DNA of 64,000 nucleotides, from the NCBI RefSeq assembly GCF_009914755.1, contig NC_060944.1. The stretch is one strand, 5' to 3'. The translations under genes were made by a program, and so were the position numbers. Within the stretch, counting starts at the first letter, position 1. Each line of letters begins with the position of its first letter. This document shows positions 45,716-58,718 of the stretch, piece by piece. The notes beneath the pieces were generated by a model. The model was not told the origin of the DNA. It was given only the letters and a program-made list of their open reading frames with translations, and searched no databases. Origin of the DNA: the human T2T-CHM13v2.0 reference genome, Homo sapiens.

Positions 45716-46450
45716 CCCCGGCCCCGCTCTGCGCCCCTCCGAGCTCCGCCCTAGCCCCGCCCCCGCCCAGTGCCCCGCCCCCTGCCTGCTGCTAGCCCTG
45801 CCCCCGCCCCGGCCCCTGCCCGCTCCGAGCTCCGCCCTGGCCCCGCCCCCCGCCCAGTGCCCCGCCCCCCGCCCAGTGCCCCGCCCCCTGCCTGCTGCTA
45901 GCCCTGCCCCCGCCCCGGCCCCTGCCCGCTCCGAGCTCCGCCCTAGCCCCGCCCCCGCCCAGTGCCCCGCCCCCTGCCTGCTGCTAGCCCTGCCCCCGCC
46001 CCGGCCCCTGCCCGCTCCGAGCTCCGCCCCGGCCCCGCCCCGGCCCCTGCCCGCTCCGAGCTCCGCCCCGGCCCCGCCCCGGCCCAGTGCCCCGCCCCCT
46101 GCTAGCCCTGTCCCCGCCCCGGCCCAGTGCCCCGCCCCCTGCCTGCTGCTAGCCCTGCCCCCGCCCCGGCCCCTGCCCGCTCCGAGCTCCGCCCTGGCCC
46201 CGCCCCGGCCCCTGCCCGCTCCGAGCTCCGCCCTGGCCCCGCCCCCGCCCAGTGCCCCGCCCCCTGCCTGCTGCTTGCCCTGCCCCCTCCCCGGCCCCTG
46301 CCCGCTCCGAGCTCCGCCCCGGCCCCGCCCCGGCCCCTGCCCGCTCCGAGCTTCGCCCCGGCCCCGCCCCGGCCCCTGCCCGCTCCGAGCTTCGCCCCGG
46401 CCCCGCCCCGGCCCCTGCCCGCTCCGAGCTCCGCCCCGGCCCCGCCCCCG
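45716..46450. repeat. GC-box-rich composite VNTR in STMN3 intron 4, abutting the exon 4 donor
   Basis: CCCCGCCCCGGCCCCTGCCCGCTCCGAGCTCCG and CCCAGTGCCCCGCCCCCTGCCTGCTGCTAG modules. Confidence 0.95.
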
Positions 46451-46453
46451 CAC

Positions 46454-46645
46454 CTTCTCGCGCAGCCGCTCGCGCAGTGCGGCCAGGTGTGCCTCGCGGA
46501 TCTCCTTGCTGAGCTCCATCTTGTAGTTGAGCTTCTCCTCCGCCTGGCGGCTGAAGTTGTTATTCTCCTCCAGCGCCTTGTGCAGCACCTCGCGCTCGTG
46601 CTCGCGCCGCTCCGCCAGCTGCTTCAGCACCTGCGCCTCCTGCGT
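46454..46645 (-). CDS. STMN3: STMN3 exon 4 ([64 protein letters not shown])
   Basis: Stathmin coiled coil; AG at 46647-46646, GT at 46453, 192 nt. Confidence 0.98.
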
Positions 46646-48101
46646 CTGTGCGGGGCCGGCGGGCGCGCGTGAGCGGCAACCCCGGGCCCTGCCCGGCCGG
46701 ACTCCTCCCTGCTCTCCGCCTCCCGCCCAGCGCCCGCTCGCCTCACCTGGCGCCTCCACCTGCCCAGGCCTCGGTGGGCGCCGGGACCCCCGGGCGCTGC
46801 CCTGGGAACCCTCGCCTGCCATCCGGCCTGTGGTCGGGGCAGGGCCAGGGGGTCGCGATCCGCCGCCCCCGCCCCCGTCCCTGCCTCGCGCGCGGGTCCC
46901 GCGGTCCTGGCTGCGCCCAGGGCCCCCGCCATACCCTGCCGCCACTGCACACCCTGCCCTGCGCGTCTGCCCCTCCAAGGACCAGCAGCAAGAAACCCTA
47001 AACTTGTGGGCGGTCTCTGAGCTTTGTCTCTTCCTCGGACATCCGCCCACTGAGCAGAGTAGCTGCTTGTTACACACCGGGTTCCCAGCTCCCAATTAGG
47101 TGCCCAGGAGCGGAGGGTCCCCAGGGATGCTGGGGGAGGGGCCGGCTGGTGACCCCTGGGAGGAGAGCGGGGCAGCAGGACCCGCACCCACATGCCAGTC
47201 CCTACTAGTCAGCCCTGTGAACCCTGGTCTCTGGCCTCACCGGGAAGGGAACGGAGCCGCTTCCCCTGCCCAATGCGTTGGCCTCCAGGGTGGCACCCCC
47301 AAAAGGACACTTTTATCTCTGTTTCAGTCTCAGAGGGGCTGGTGGGAGGGGAGGCTGCAGGGAGGGGACCTGGAGCCCACACCCACCTCTCCCAGGGCCC
47401 CTCCGCCCTCCAGCAAGCCTCAGGGTCTTCACACATGAGGCCCTTCCTCCAGCTTCCCTGTCTGGGAGAGGGATGCCCCACCCGACGTCCCCAGGGCCCA
47501 TCTGGGGACCACCCCCTAGCATCCTGCTGGCCCTGACAAGGGTGCCTCCCACCCTCACCAGAGGCTCCTGCTCCTTCCAGGTGGCCGCCTCGGAACCCTT
47601 CCTCCTCTCCATCCCTTTCTTTTTTTGTTCTTGTTTGTTTTTTGAAATGGAGTCTCACCCTGTCGCCCGGGCTGAGGAGTGCAGTGGCGCAGTCTCGGCT
47701 CACTGCATCCTCCACTTCTTGGGTTCAAGCAATTCCCCTGCCTCAGACTCCCTAGTAGGTGGGATTACAGGTGTGCACCACCACACCTGGCTAATTTTGT
47801 ATTTTTAGTACAGATGGGGTTTCACCATGTTGGCCAGGCTGATCTTGAACTTCCAACCTCAAGTGATCTGCCTGCCTCAGCTTCCCAAAGTTCTGGGATT
47901 ACAGGCGTGAGCCACCACACCCGGCCTCTCCCCATCCCATTCTTATCTCTCAGAAAGAGGCCCAGGGAGCCACAGCCCCTCCTGCTCCAGGCCAAGGCAC
48001 TGACCAAGCCTGTCCGGGAGCACCCTGCTTCTTGCAGGCCCTGTCCCCGTGGGCCGCCTCCGTTGAAACTCCTGGGGGGTGGGGGATGGAGGACTCCTTG
48101 C

Positions 48102-48277
48102 CTTCCTCCGCTCCTCGGCTGCCTCCAGCCGCTTTTGCAGCTCCTCCAGGGAGGTGTCCTTCTTCTTGGGTGGGGAGGAGAGCATAGGGCTCTCTGGGGA
48201 CAGGTCAGAAGGGGACTTGAGGATGACCTCGAAGCTCTGGCCTGAGGCCCGCTTGTCCAGCTGCTTCACCTCCATGT
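48102..48277 (-). CDS. STMN3: STMN3 exon 3 ([59 protein letters not shown])
   Basis: Stathmin signature; AG at 48279-48278; ends at a GC donor AAG|GCAAGG; 176 nt. Confidence 0.97.
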
Positions 48278-48559
48278 CTGCAGGGCAAGACCAGAGTAGA
48301 GCTTCAGAGGCCCGGCCAGGGCATGGCGTGGGCTGAGCGGGATGCTCCCAGCACACATCCAACCCCAGGGCTGGGCGAGAGGGGGTGGCTGCTCCCGCAG
48401 GAATCCCAGGCTTCAGCCCCCAGGATGGGCCCCTTCCCCCTAGAACCTCCCTCTCCAGAGGCAGCCAGGACGGGAGTTCAGAGACACTGCCGGAGGCCGG
48501 GGGAAAAGGTGAGGTGGGCAGGCACCGCAGGGAAGGGCAGGCGGCAGCCAGGCACTCAC

Positions 48560-48655
48560 CCCCGTACTGGTAGACGGTATTGGGGTGCGGCTGTGTGTAG
48601 AAGCAGGAGCAGATGAGCGACAGCACCGACAGCTCCTTCATCTTCTCCTTGTAGG
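48560..48655 (-). CDS. STMN3: STMN3 exon 2 ([32 protein letters not shown]), SCG10-type membrane-targeting segment with CxC
   Basis: AG at 48657-48656, GTGAGT donor at 48559, 96 nt. Confidence 0.97.
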
Positions 48656-48968
48656 CTGTGGGCACAAGGCTGGGCTGAGCAAGCACCACTGGGGCCTGCC
48701 CACCTGGGCCCCCGTTTTCCCTCCCCATGGCTGCCTCTATCATGTCTCTGTGAGACACGGAGCTGCCCAGCACGCTCTCTTGTGTGTCTCCACACCGCCG
48801 GCCCCTTCGTCTCTCCAGCTCTCTCGCTTCCAGACGCCGGCACTGTCTCCGTGGTGTGTCCCCTGCCCTGTCTCTCTCGCCCTCTGCCTCTCCCCGCTTT
48901 TCCTCTCTCTCGGCATTAATGTCTGTCTCATCTTCCACACTGACTTGTTTCTCCATCCTTCTCCTGCC

Positions 48969-49307
48969 TGCTGTGGTCTGAATGTTTCCATTACCCAAAA
49001 CTCATGTGTTGAAATCGTAACCCCAAGGTGCCGGTGTGCGGAGGTGAGGCATTCGGAGGGAATTAGGCCATGAGGATAGAGCCCTCCTAAGTGGCCCCAG
49101 AGTGGGGCTTCAGAGAACTCCCTCACCTTCCATCATGTGAGGACACAGCCAGAAGACGCCACCCGTCTATGTACCAGGAGGCGAGACCTCTCCAGGCACC
49201 GACTCTGCCGGCACCTTGATCCTGGACTTTCTGGCCTCCAGAGCGATGGGAAATAAGTTCCTGTCGTCTATAAACCACTCAGTCTCAGGTACCTGCCCAG
49301 ACTGACA
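48969..49307 (+). mobile_element. MaLR MST/MLT1A-like LTR
   Basis: TGCTGTGGTCTGAATGT...GGCACCTTGATCCTGGACTT...TAAACCACTCAGTCTCAGGTA. Confidence 0.65.
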
Positions 49308-49767
49308 AAGTGGCTACCCCTGCCTGTCTGGGTCTCTGTTTACCTTCTGTGTGTCTGACTCTGTCACTGTCATTGTATCTTTCTGTGTCTCTGGGGGTAG
49401 CCCCTGACTCTGTCTTTCTCCCTGAGTGCATCTTTCTGTGATTCCTTGTCACTGTGTGTCTTTCTGACTCTTACCTCCCTCTGTCCCGCTACTTCTCTCT
49501 CCCCTCCTCCTCCTTCCCACTCCTCGCCAGCTCAAGCAGGCAAGATTTACTCATGACGGGACCAGCACAGATGCAAACCCTCTGTGGGCAGGACTTTCTT
49601 GGGCTGTAAACCTGGATGAAGCCCTCAGACCCTCCTTTTTCCTTCCCAATGATTGTGTGGTCACCTTGAGATGAAACCAGGCCCTCTCCAGGCACATGCT
49701 CTCTGTCTATCTAGGGCTGGGCTTGGGCCACTGATGCCACCAAGGAGCAAGGGAGGGAAGCTGTCCG

Positions 49768-49788
49768 TTCAGCACCACAGCCAGCCCT
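49768..49788 (+). promoter_or_regulatory. Candidate RE1/NRSE (REST) site in STMN3 intron 1
   Basis: TTCAGCACCACAGCCAG fits the degenerate RE1 consensus NTYAGMRCCNNRGMSAG. Confidence 0.55.
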
Positions 49789-50031
49789 CTTGCCCATTCA
49801 GGTCAATCAAGTGCCCACCAGCCAGTGTCCCTGCTGCCCAACCCAAACCAGAAGCAAGCCGGGCTCCTGTGGCCCTGTGCCCTGTCAGGGGAAGAGGAAG
49901 GCGCCTGCTGTCACAGTGAAAATAATTTAGCTCTTTTGGTCTATTCAGGGCGAACCTCATTCCTAAGCAGACACGCTGGCCCGGTTTCTCACTAGTGCTC
50001 GATAATCCTTTTGGCTGGGTGCAGTGGCTCA

Positions 50032-50394
<363 letters not shown>

Positions 50395-51236
50395 TCAAGC
50401 CTTTCATGGTGAGCTGGGTCTTCTGGTGACAGTGCAGAGAATGGTCTGTCCTGACTTAAATTTCCTGGTGACCTACACTTTTCTGGACAGAGCAGCACAG
50501 AGCCCAAGAGGGTGTAAGGAGGAGCAGAAAGGAATCCCAGGGTGGGCAGGCCCGTGCGAGAGCCTTTGGGGGAAGGAATGAGACTTTGAGCCGGGAAGCG
50601 AGGCAAAGCTACCTGTCTTGGTCATTGTCTTCAGGGAGGGAGATGGAGGGGGACCAGGTGGGGGAACCTCACAGGGGACTTTGGTCTGACTTGTCAAGTT
50701 TTCTTTTTTTCTTTTTGAGATGGAGTCTTGCACTGTTGCCCAGGCTGCAGTGCAGTGGTGCGATCTCGGCTCACCGCAAGCTCCGCCTCCTGGGTTCACA
50801 CCATTCTCCTGCCTCAGCCTCCCGAGTAGCTGGGACCACAGGCACCGCCACCACACCCAGCTAATTTTTTGTATTTTTAGTAGAGACGGGGTTTCACTAT
50901 ATTAGCCAGGATGGTCTCGATCTCCTGACCTCGTGATCCGCCCGCCTCGACCTCCCAAAGTGCTGGGATTACAGGTGTGAGCCACTGTGCCTGGCCTACT
51001 TTATTTTTTAGAAACAGGACTGTGCTCTGTTGCCCATGCTGGAGTGTAGGGTGCAGCTGTGCGGTTCACTGCAGCCTTGAACTTCTGGGCTTGACGGATC
51101 CTGCCATCTTAGCAGCTGGGACTACAGGTGCATGCCAGCACACCAGTTTTCTTTTTTTTTTATCTCTGCTCACTGCAATTCCGCCTCCTGGGTTCTAGCA
51201 ATTCTCCTGCCTCAGCCTCCCAAGTAGCAGGGATTA

Positions 51237-51693
<457 letters not shown>

Positions 51694-51696
51694 TCA

Positions 51697-52234
<538 letters not shown>

Positions 52235-53877
52235 CTAGCCTATTAAAAATTAATGTTAAACAAGAGGATGTGATGAGGGAGTTAGAGGGTGTGCCAGCCA
52301 TGTGTTCCACAGCAGCAGGTCAGGAGACATTGGGGACATTTAGAGGAGCTGAAGAGGTGGCCAACCCTGTGCTCAGGAGGACGGGGGAGGGAGAGAGCAA
52401 GAGGGAGTTTGGGCTGGGGCAGAACGTACCTGGGTCCTGAGAGGATAAGAAGGTAGGGACTTGGCCCCTCCAGGCCTGACTCTGCCAGCAACCAGCTCCC
52501 TATCAGCAGACTCCAGGCCCCTACCCTTCAGCTCATCCTTCCTTATCACACATCCAAAACTCTGAATGTGGCCGGGCGCAGTGGCTCACGCCTGTAATCC
52601 CAGAACTTTGGGAGGCTGAGGCAGGAGGATCGCTTGAGAACAAGAGTTTGAGACCAGCCTAGGCAACATGGTGAAACCCCATCTCTACTAAAAATATAAA
52701 AATTAGCTGGGTGTGGTGGCACATGCCTGTTGCCCCAGCTACTCAGGAGGCTGAGGCAGGAGAATCACTTGAGCCTGGAAGGCGGAAGTTGTAGTGAGCA
52801 GAGATTGTGCCACTGCGTTCCAGCCTGGGCAACACAGCGAGACTCTGTCTCAAAAAACAAAAACTGGAATGTGTTTACCATAAAGGCCAGAAAATGTGAT
52901 TAACAGCTGCTCAAAGCCCCTGTCTGCCCTAAGCCTGAAATTTTCACCGAAAAAAAGATCTGTAGGCTCATACAGAGGAAGGACAAACACCAGGGAGGCT
53001 CTCTTCCAGTTTGCTTCACCTCAGCAAGCAGACGGCTGGCAGCAATTTGGGGGCAGGTGTGAGCACCTGCATCATCAGGAAAGAAGGGGCACGGTGGGGA
53101 CGCAGGTCAGACCTCTCACAGGTCTTGGCTCTGCCCAGGAGACACGTGTCCAACTGAGAGGTGAGGAACTGGGTTCTGCAGCTGCAGACACAGGTGCGGC
53201 TCAGCATCTGATGGCCACGGAGACCCCCTGGCTTGGCTTCTCCCAGCTGGTGGCCCATGAGGAGCTTCTATCCCAAGAGACTGTCCCTCAAGGAGCAAGT
53301 GGGACCAGGTACCCACAGGACGGAGCCTGGGAGTGAGGCCTGCCCTGTGGTCTGGCTACAGGGAGGAAGGGCAGATTGGAGGGGGCAGGACAGCAGGTCA
53401 GGAATTGGCCAACTCTGGAGAGAGCAAGCAAGGGGAAGTCTGCGCACAGGGCAGGGCTGGTCAGGGGCGAGGCAGGGCATTGGACCAGTATTTTCAGAGC
53501 TGGTGAGGCTTAAAGAGCATGTCTACTGCCTCTTATTACAGAGAGAGGATGCCGAGGCCCAGACCCATCCAGGCCACCTCTCCACAGACACAGCTGGTGC
53601 CAGGGAAGCCCCTCCCAGAGCCTCAAGGCATTGCTCCCTCTCTCTCTCTCTTTTTGTTTTTTTGGAGACGGAGTCTCACTCTGTCTCCCAGGCTGGAGTG
53701 CAGTGGTACAATCTCGGCTCACGGCAAGCTCCGCCTCCCGGATTCACGCCATTCTCCTGCCTCAGCCTCCCGAATAGCTGGGACTACAGGCGCCCGCCAC
53801 CACGCCCAGCTAATTTTTTGTATTTTTAGTAGAGACGGGGTTTCACTGTGTTAGCCAGGATGGTCTCGATCTCCTGA

Positions 53878-54162
<285 letters not shown>

Positions 54163-54520
54163 TGAACTCCTGACCTCCGGTGATCTGCCCACCTCAGCCT
54201 CCCAAAGTGCTGGGATGACAGGCGTGAGCCCCCGCGCCCGGCCCCCCGCAGTGCTGGGATTACAGGCGTGAGCCCCCGCGCCCGGCCCCTCCCTCTCTTT
54301 GACTCCCTTCTTTCTCACCGCCCCCTCCCCACCATCCTTCCCTTTCACTGACTTCAGGGAGTTAAAAACAATTCTCGCAGTGAGCTGGGCTTGTTTTGTC
54401 TCCCTGCTTCTCTTTGTACTAAACATTAGATACCGAGGAAATGCGGATTGGCCTTTGGATGATTCATGAGCAGGAGTCAGAAAAAGGCACCAGGTTGGCC
54501 TCAAGCAGCAGGGTATAGTA

Positions 54521-55015
54521 GTGCCCGCTCCCAGGGTCACACCTCACGCCCACCCCTCCCGCCGTCCAGGTGGATGGTGCCCACTCCCAGGGTCACACCT
54601 CACGCCCACCCCTCCCGCCGTCCAGGTGGATGGTGCCCACTCCCAGGGTCACACCTCACGCCCACCCCTCCCGTCGCCCAGGTGGATGGTGCCCACTCCC
54701 AGGGTCACACCTCACGCCCGCCCCTCCCACCCACCCGGGTGGATGGTGCCCGCTCCCAGGGTCACACCTGACGCCCGCCCGGGTGGATGGTGCCCGCTCC
54801 CAGGGTCACACCTCACGCCCACCCCTCCCGCCCGCCCGGGTGGATGGTGCCCGCTCCCAGGGTCACACCTCACGCCCACCCCTCCCGCCGTCCAGGTGGA
54901 TGGTGCCCACTCCCAGGGTCACACCTCACGCCCACCCCTCCCGCCGCCCAGGTGGATGGTGCCCACTCCCAGGGTCACACCTCACACCCACCCCTCCCGC
55001 CCACCCGGGTGGATG
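54521..55015. repeat. Minisatellite, 56 bp x 9, in STMN3 intron 1
   Basis: GTGGATGGTGCCCACTCCCAGGGTCACACCTCACGCCCACCCCTCCCGCCGTCCAG units. Confidence 0.95.
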
Positions 55016-55093
55016 CCCTTATCAGCTCTCCTTCTCCTTCTCTTTCGTCTTCTTCGTCTTCCTCCTCTTCTTTCTTCTTTTTTTTTTTTTTAG

Positions 55094-55252
<159 letters not shown>

Positions 55253-57442
55253 TAGCAGAGAGGGGGGATTTCACCATGTTGGCCAGGCTAGTCTCGAACT
55301 CTTGACCTCAGTTTATCCACCGGCCTCAGCCTCTCAAAGTGCTGGGATTACAGGCATGAGCCACCCTATCTGCCTCACTTCTACAGAGGAGGAATGAAGG
55401 CTCAGAGAGGGCAAGCATTCCACCCAGCATCACACAGAGTGCCGGGTGAGAGCCCAGTCATGAGCCTGGGCCTGACTGCAGGCTCCTGTTGGGAGCTCGC
55501 GGAGGTGGGGGATCTGTCCAGAACTGAGAGGCCAGGGGACCACAGTGGCCTCTGACCCCTGGAGGGCCCTGGAGGCTGCTGCCGGCTCCCCCCGGGGGCA
55601 GATGGAGGTCACTGTCACCCAGGCTGCTTCTCATGGTGCCAGGAGCACAGCATGGCAGGAGCCACCAGCCGATTTGCCTTTCCCTGGGCAGGAAACTCAG
55701 AAATGTGGCTACCACAGTCAGGCTGCTTGACGTGCGGTGAGCACTCATCTCTTAGCAGGCAAGCGGCCAAGCACCTTTCCTGAAATATTGAGGCCTCAGA
55801 ACAAGCCCCAGGAGAGGTGCCAGCACCGTCATCTCTACCCAGATAAGGAGACCCAGGTCCTGAGAGGTTAGGCAGCTCGGACAACACCACACAGCTGGAG
55901 GAGGTCAGACTCTGGGTTGCAGAAGGAGAATGTGAGCAGAGGCCACAAAAGAGCGAGGAGCCAGTGCCCAGATGCCGAGATGCCCTCGCCCTCCCAGCTC
56001 AGCCCCAGGAACCGAGCCCATGGGGAGGGACCGTCAGGGAAAGGCTGTCAGGAAGGGCAGGAGGCGGCCCTGGAGAGGACGGCGCTGCCCTCAGGGGCAG
56101 GAGGGGAGTCCCCTCCGCTGAGAGCCCCCCCCACCCCCAGTATCCCCGGGGGTGTCCAGGAGGAGGCGGAGGGAGGAAGCGCAGATGGACAGGACTCCCA
56201 GATAGGGTGGGGAGGTGTGGCCGGTGACACACACGGTCCCCTCCTGGCAGGTGCTGAAGTCACCTGGAGCCTCCAAGCCCGTGGGGCCTGAGGGGCGGGG
56301 TCAGGTCGGGCACGCGTGGGTGGGCGGAGTTCTGCGCCCCGGGCCAAGGCGCCCGAGTTGAACCAGTCAGCTCGGGAGAGGGACCGCGGCGACCTGTCCC
56401 GGGGGCGTAAGAAAAGGTGGGAGGGAGTGCGGCTCGTGAACGGGGGCGGCGATGGGAAGGAGGTGCGGCCCTTCGTCCTGTCCTCCCAAACGTCGAGTGA
56501 AAAACGAAGCGGGTTCTGCGGCCTCGCGGCGGAGCAGAGCGTTTCGGGAAGGGCGGGCCCAGCGTCCTCGCGCCCGAGGTCGCCCGGCAGCTCCCCTGCG
56601 TCCAGAATCCGCCCCCCGCCCGGGCCTGCGCCCGCCCCTCCGCCTGAGCTCCGCGCGGGACGGGCCGGGAGGCCGGGGTGGGCGCTACCTTCGAAGGCGG
56701 TGGGTCCGCCCCGCGGGAGGTGGAGGGGCGGGAGGGGCGGAGCCCTCTGGTCTCCGGAGGGTTTGGGGATCGCAGTCGCCCCTCCCCCATCCAGACCCCG
56801 CGGCGCAAAGGGCAGTGGCTTTTCTGGCCAGAGCAGGTGGCGCGGGCGTCGCAAAGGGTGGTCCCCGAGGCCGCAGCGGTGTGGGGGGAGGGCGCGGTCC
56901 CCCTCACTCCGGGCTCCGCCGTGTCTGGCCCGTCCCCCTCCTTCAGCGCCCCCTCCAGCCCCTGTGCTGCACTGGCGCGGGGAGCGCCGGGTTCCCGGCT
57001 GGGGCTTTGGCAGAGGGTCCCACCCTCTCCCCGCCTCCCCACGAAGGCTCTGGCGGACCCAGATCTCGGGTCGCCGGACGCCCCAGGGACCCCGCCCGCA
57101 CATCGCGAGCGCGCCCACCCGGTCGCGAGCCCACGCCCGGGTCTGGGAGCCACCCTGCGGCAGTCGCGCCCTGCGTGGCACGCTGCTCCCCCAGGGGCGA
57201 GGCGCCCCCGCCCGACGTCCCGGTCCCGAGCGCTCCCCGGCGCGGCGCCTCGCAGCCCAGCGCCCCACCAGCCCCGCCGGCGCCGCAGACCCCAGCCTCG
57301 GGCGGGTCGGGCCCAGGCTTGCAACGCGCAGGGTAGGAGAAGGGAAATTGGCGTCCGCTGCCGGCCGCTGCCCCAGGCGAGGCCAGACGAGGCCTCTGCT
57401 CAGATCCCGCCGCCCCACAAAGCCCGTGGCCCCGGAGCCTAC

Positions 57443-57461
57443 CGGAAATGGTGCTGGCCAT
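57443..57461 (-). CDS. STMN3: STMN3 exon 1 coding part (MASTIS-A); 5'UTR extends to about 57540
   Basis: ACCATGG Kozak ATG at 57461, GTAGG donor at 57442, 19 nt, in phase with exon 2. Confidence 0.95.
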
Positions 57462-57470
57462 GGTGCTGGC
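57450..57470 (-). promoter_or_regulatory. Candidate RE1/NRSE overlapping the STMN3 start codon
   Basis: GCCAGCACCATGGCCAGCACC, one mismatch to the degenerate RE1 consensus. Confidence 0.55.
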
Positions 57471-57543
57471 GGCGGTTGGGCCTGCGGAGGCTGGAGAGGC
57501 GCAAGTGGCGGCCGGAGCTGCAGACGGCTGGTGCTGCAGTGCC

Positions 57544-57762
57544 GGGGAGGGGAGGGGAGAGGAGTGGAGGGAGCGAGGGCGGGCGGGAGGCGGGCGCGGC
57601 GGGAGAGAGAGAGGGAGGGAGACAGAGGGAGAGAGAGAGAGGGTTGGGGGAAGGAGCGGGGGGAGGAGGGAGGGAGGGTTGGGGGAAGGAGAGAGAGAGA
57701 GAGAGACTGCGGGGGCGGGGGAAGGAGGGAGGGAGGAAGGGAGGGAGGAAGAGAGAGAGGAG
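57544..57762. repeat. Polypurine G/GA-rich tract immediately upstream of STMN3 exon 1
   Basis: Read directly. Confidence 0.9.
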
Positions 57763-58718
57763 CAAGCGCCTGGCTGCGGAAGGGGCCGCGGCTCTCAGGA
57801 GGAGAGGGCGGAGGAGGGGGGCTACCCGAACTGCAACAAGACCCCCCACCCTCCAACCGCTCACAGCGGGACAGCTGCTTCTCCAACTTGGCTTTGTGAG
57901 GCCTGAGAGTGGGGTGGGGGTGGAGATGAGCCCCCATTCCCCAGGGCAGGCGGGGCAGGGGCAATGCCGGAGGAGCAGGTCCCACCCATGGGGTGGGGCC
58001 GCAGAGCTCTTCGCCGCCAAGGCCGCTGTAGGCTGGGCTGGCGCCAACAGGGTCCAGGTCTGTGCCTGCCATCGGAGAGGATGCCACAGCCACAGGGGTG
58101 GGCGCTGGCCTGGAGGCCTCCAAGGGGCATCTCCTGTGAGCCCAGGGGATGGGCAGGATCTGAGCGGAGAAGAGTGAAAGTGGAGGAGTGAGGCCAGAAC
58201 AAAGGCTTTGCCGTGAAAGAGGTGGTTTCCCGCCTGGGCTCAGACCTTCACTCACTGTATGGCCCAGGCCAAGGGCAAGCGTCTGACCTCGCTGGGCCTT
58301 TGTTTCTCAGGGGTAAGATGAAACAATGATGCCCCCAGACGATGGAGAGGAGGGGTGCCAGGGTTGTGCGCACTTAGTGAGTGGGGGGCAACCTATCCTG
58401 CCTCCCCCTCTCCTCATAACTCCCAAAGGGAAAGCCTGGTAGGCAAACGGAGCGTCTTTGCCATTGCAGGGATGAAGCCACCGAGGCAGGGAGAAAAGTG
58501 CTTTGCCCTACAAGCAACTAAGTCATAGGGCCAGGAGCAAAACCCTGAAAACCTCAGGAGACTTGCAGAGCCATGAGGCTGGCTCAGCAACACAAAAGCC
58601 AGGGGCAAGCCTCAGCTCTAGCAGTGCGGTGGGAGCACCCAAGGCCAGTCACATCCTAGGGTGGCCTGGAGAGTCCTGACCCCTGACGTGCAAGCCGGCA
58701 TCATCCCCGGGACTGTGA

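Larger units (their letters stand above)
44850..46960. promoter_or_regulatory. Intragenic CpG island over STMN3 exons 4-5
   Basis: High CpG and GC content, dense GC boxes. Confidence 0.75.
56280..57830. promoter_or_regulatory. STMN3 promoter / intron 1 CpG island
   Basis: High CpG density around exon 1. Confidence 0.85.

Noticed and set aside
46623-46640. TTCAGCACC in STMN3 exon 4 (and GGTGCTGAA near 56250)
   Set aside because: RE1 left half only; the exon 4 copy is explained by coding sequence
47943-48998. 351-aa ORF containing STMN3 exons 2 and 3 in one frame
   Set aside because: Intron 2 (282 nt) is stop-free and a multiple of 3, but both splice sites are strong and GC content explains the openness; not a separate gene
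56048-58255. 735-aa, 527-aa and 499-aa overlapping ORFs
   Set aside because: CpG-island and low-complexity sequence depleted of stops in all frames; no domain; only the 19-nt STMN3 exon 1 CDS is supported
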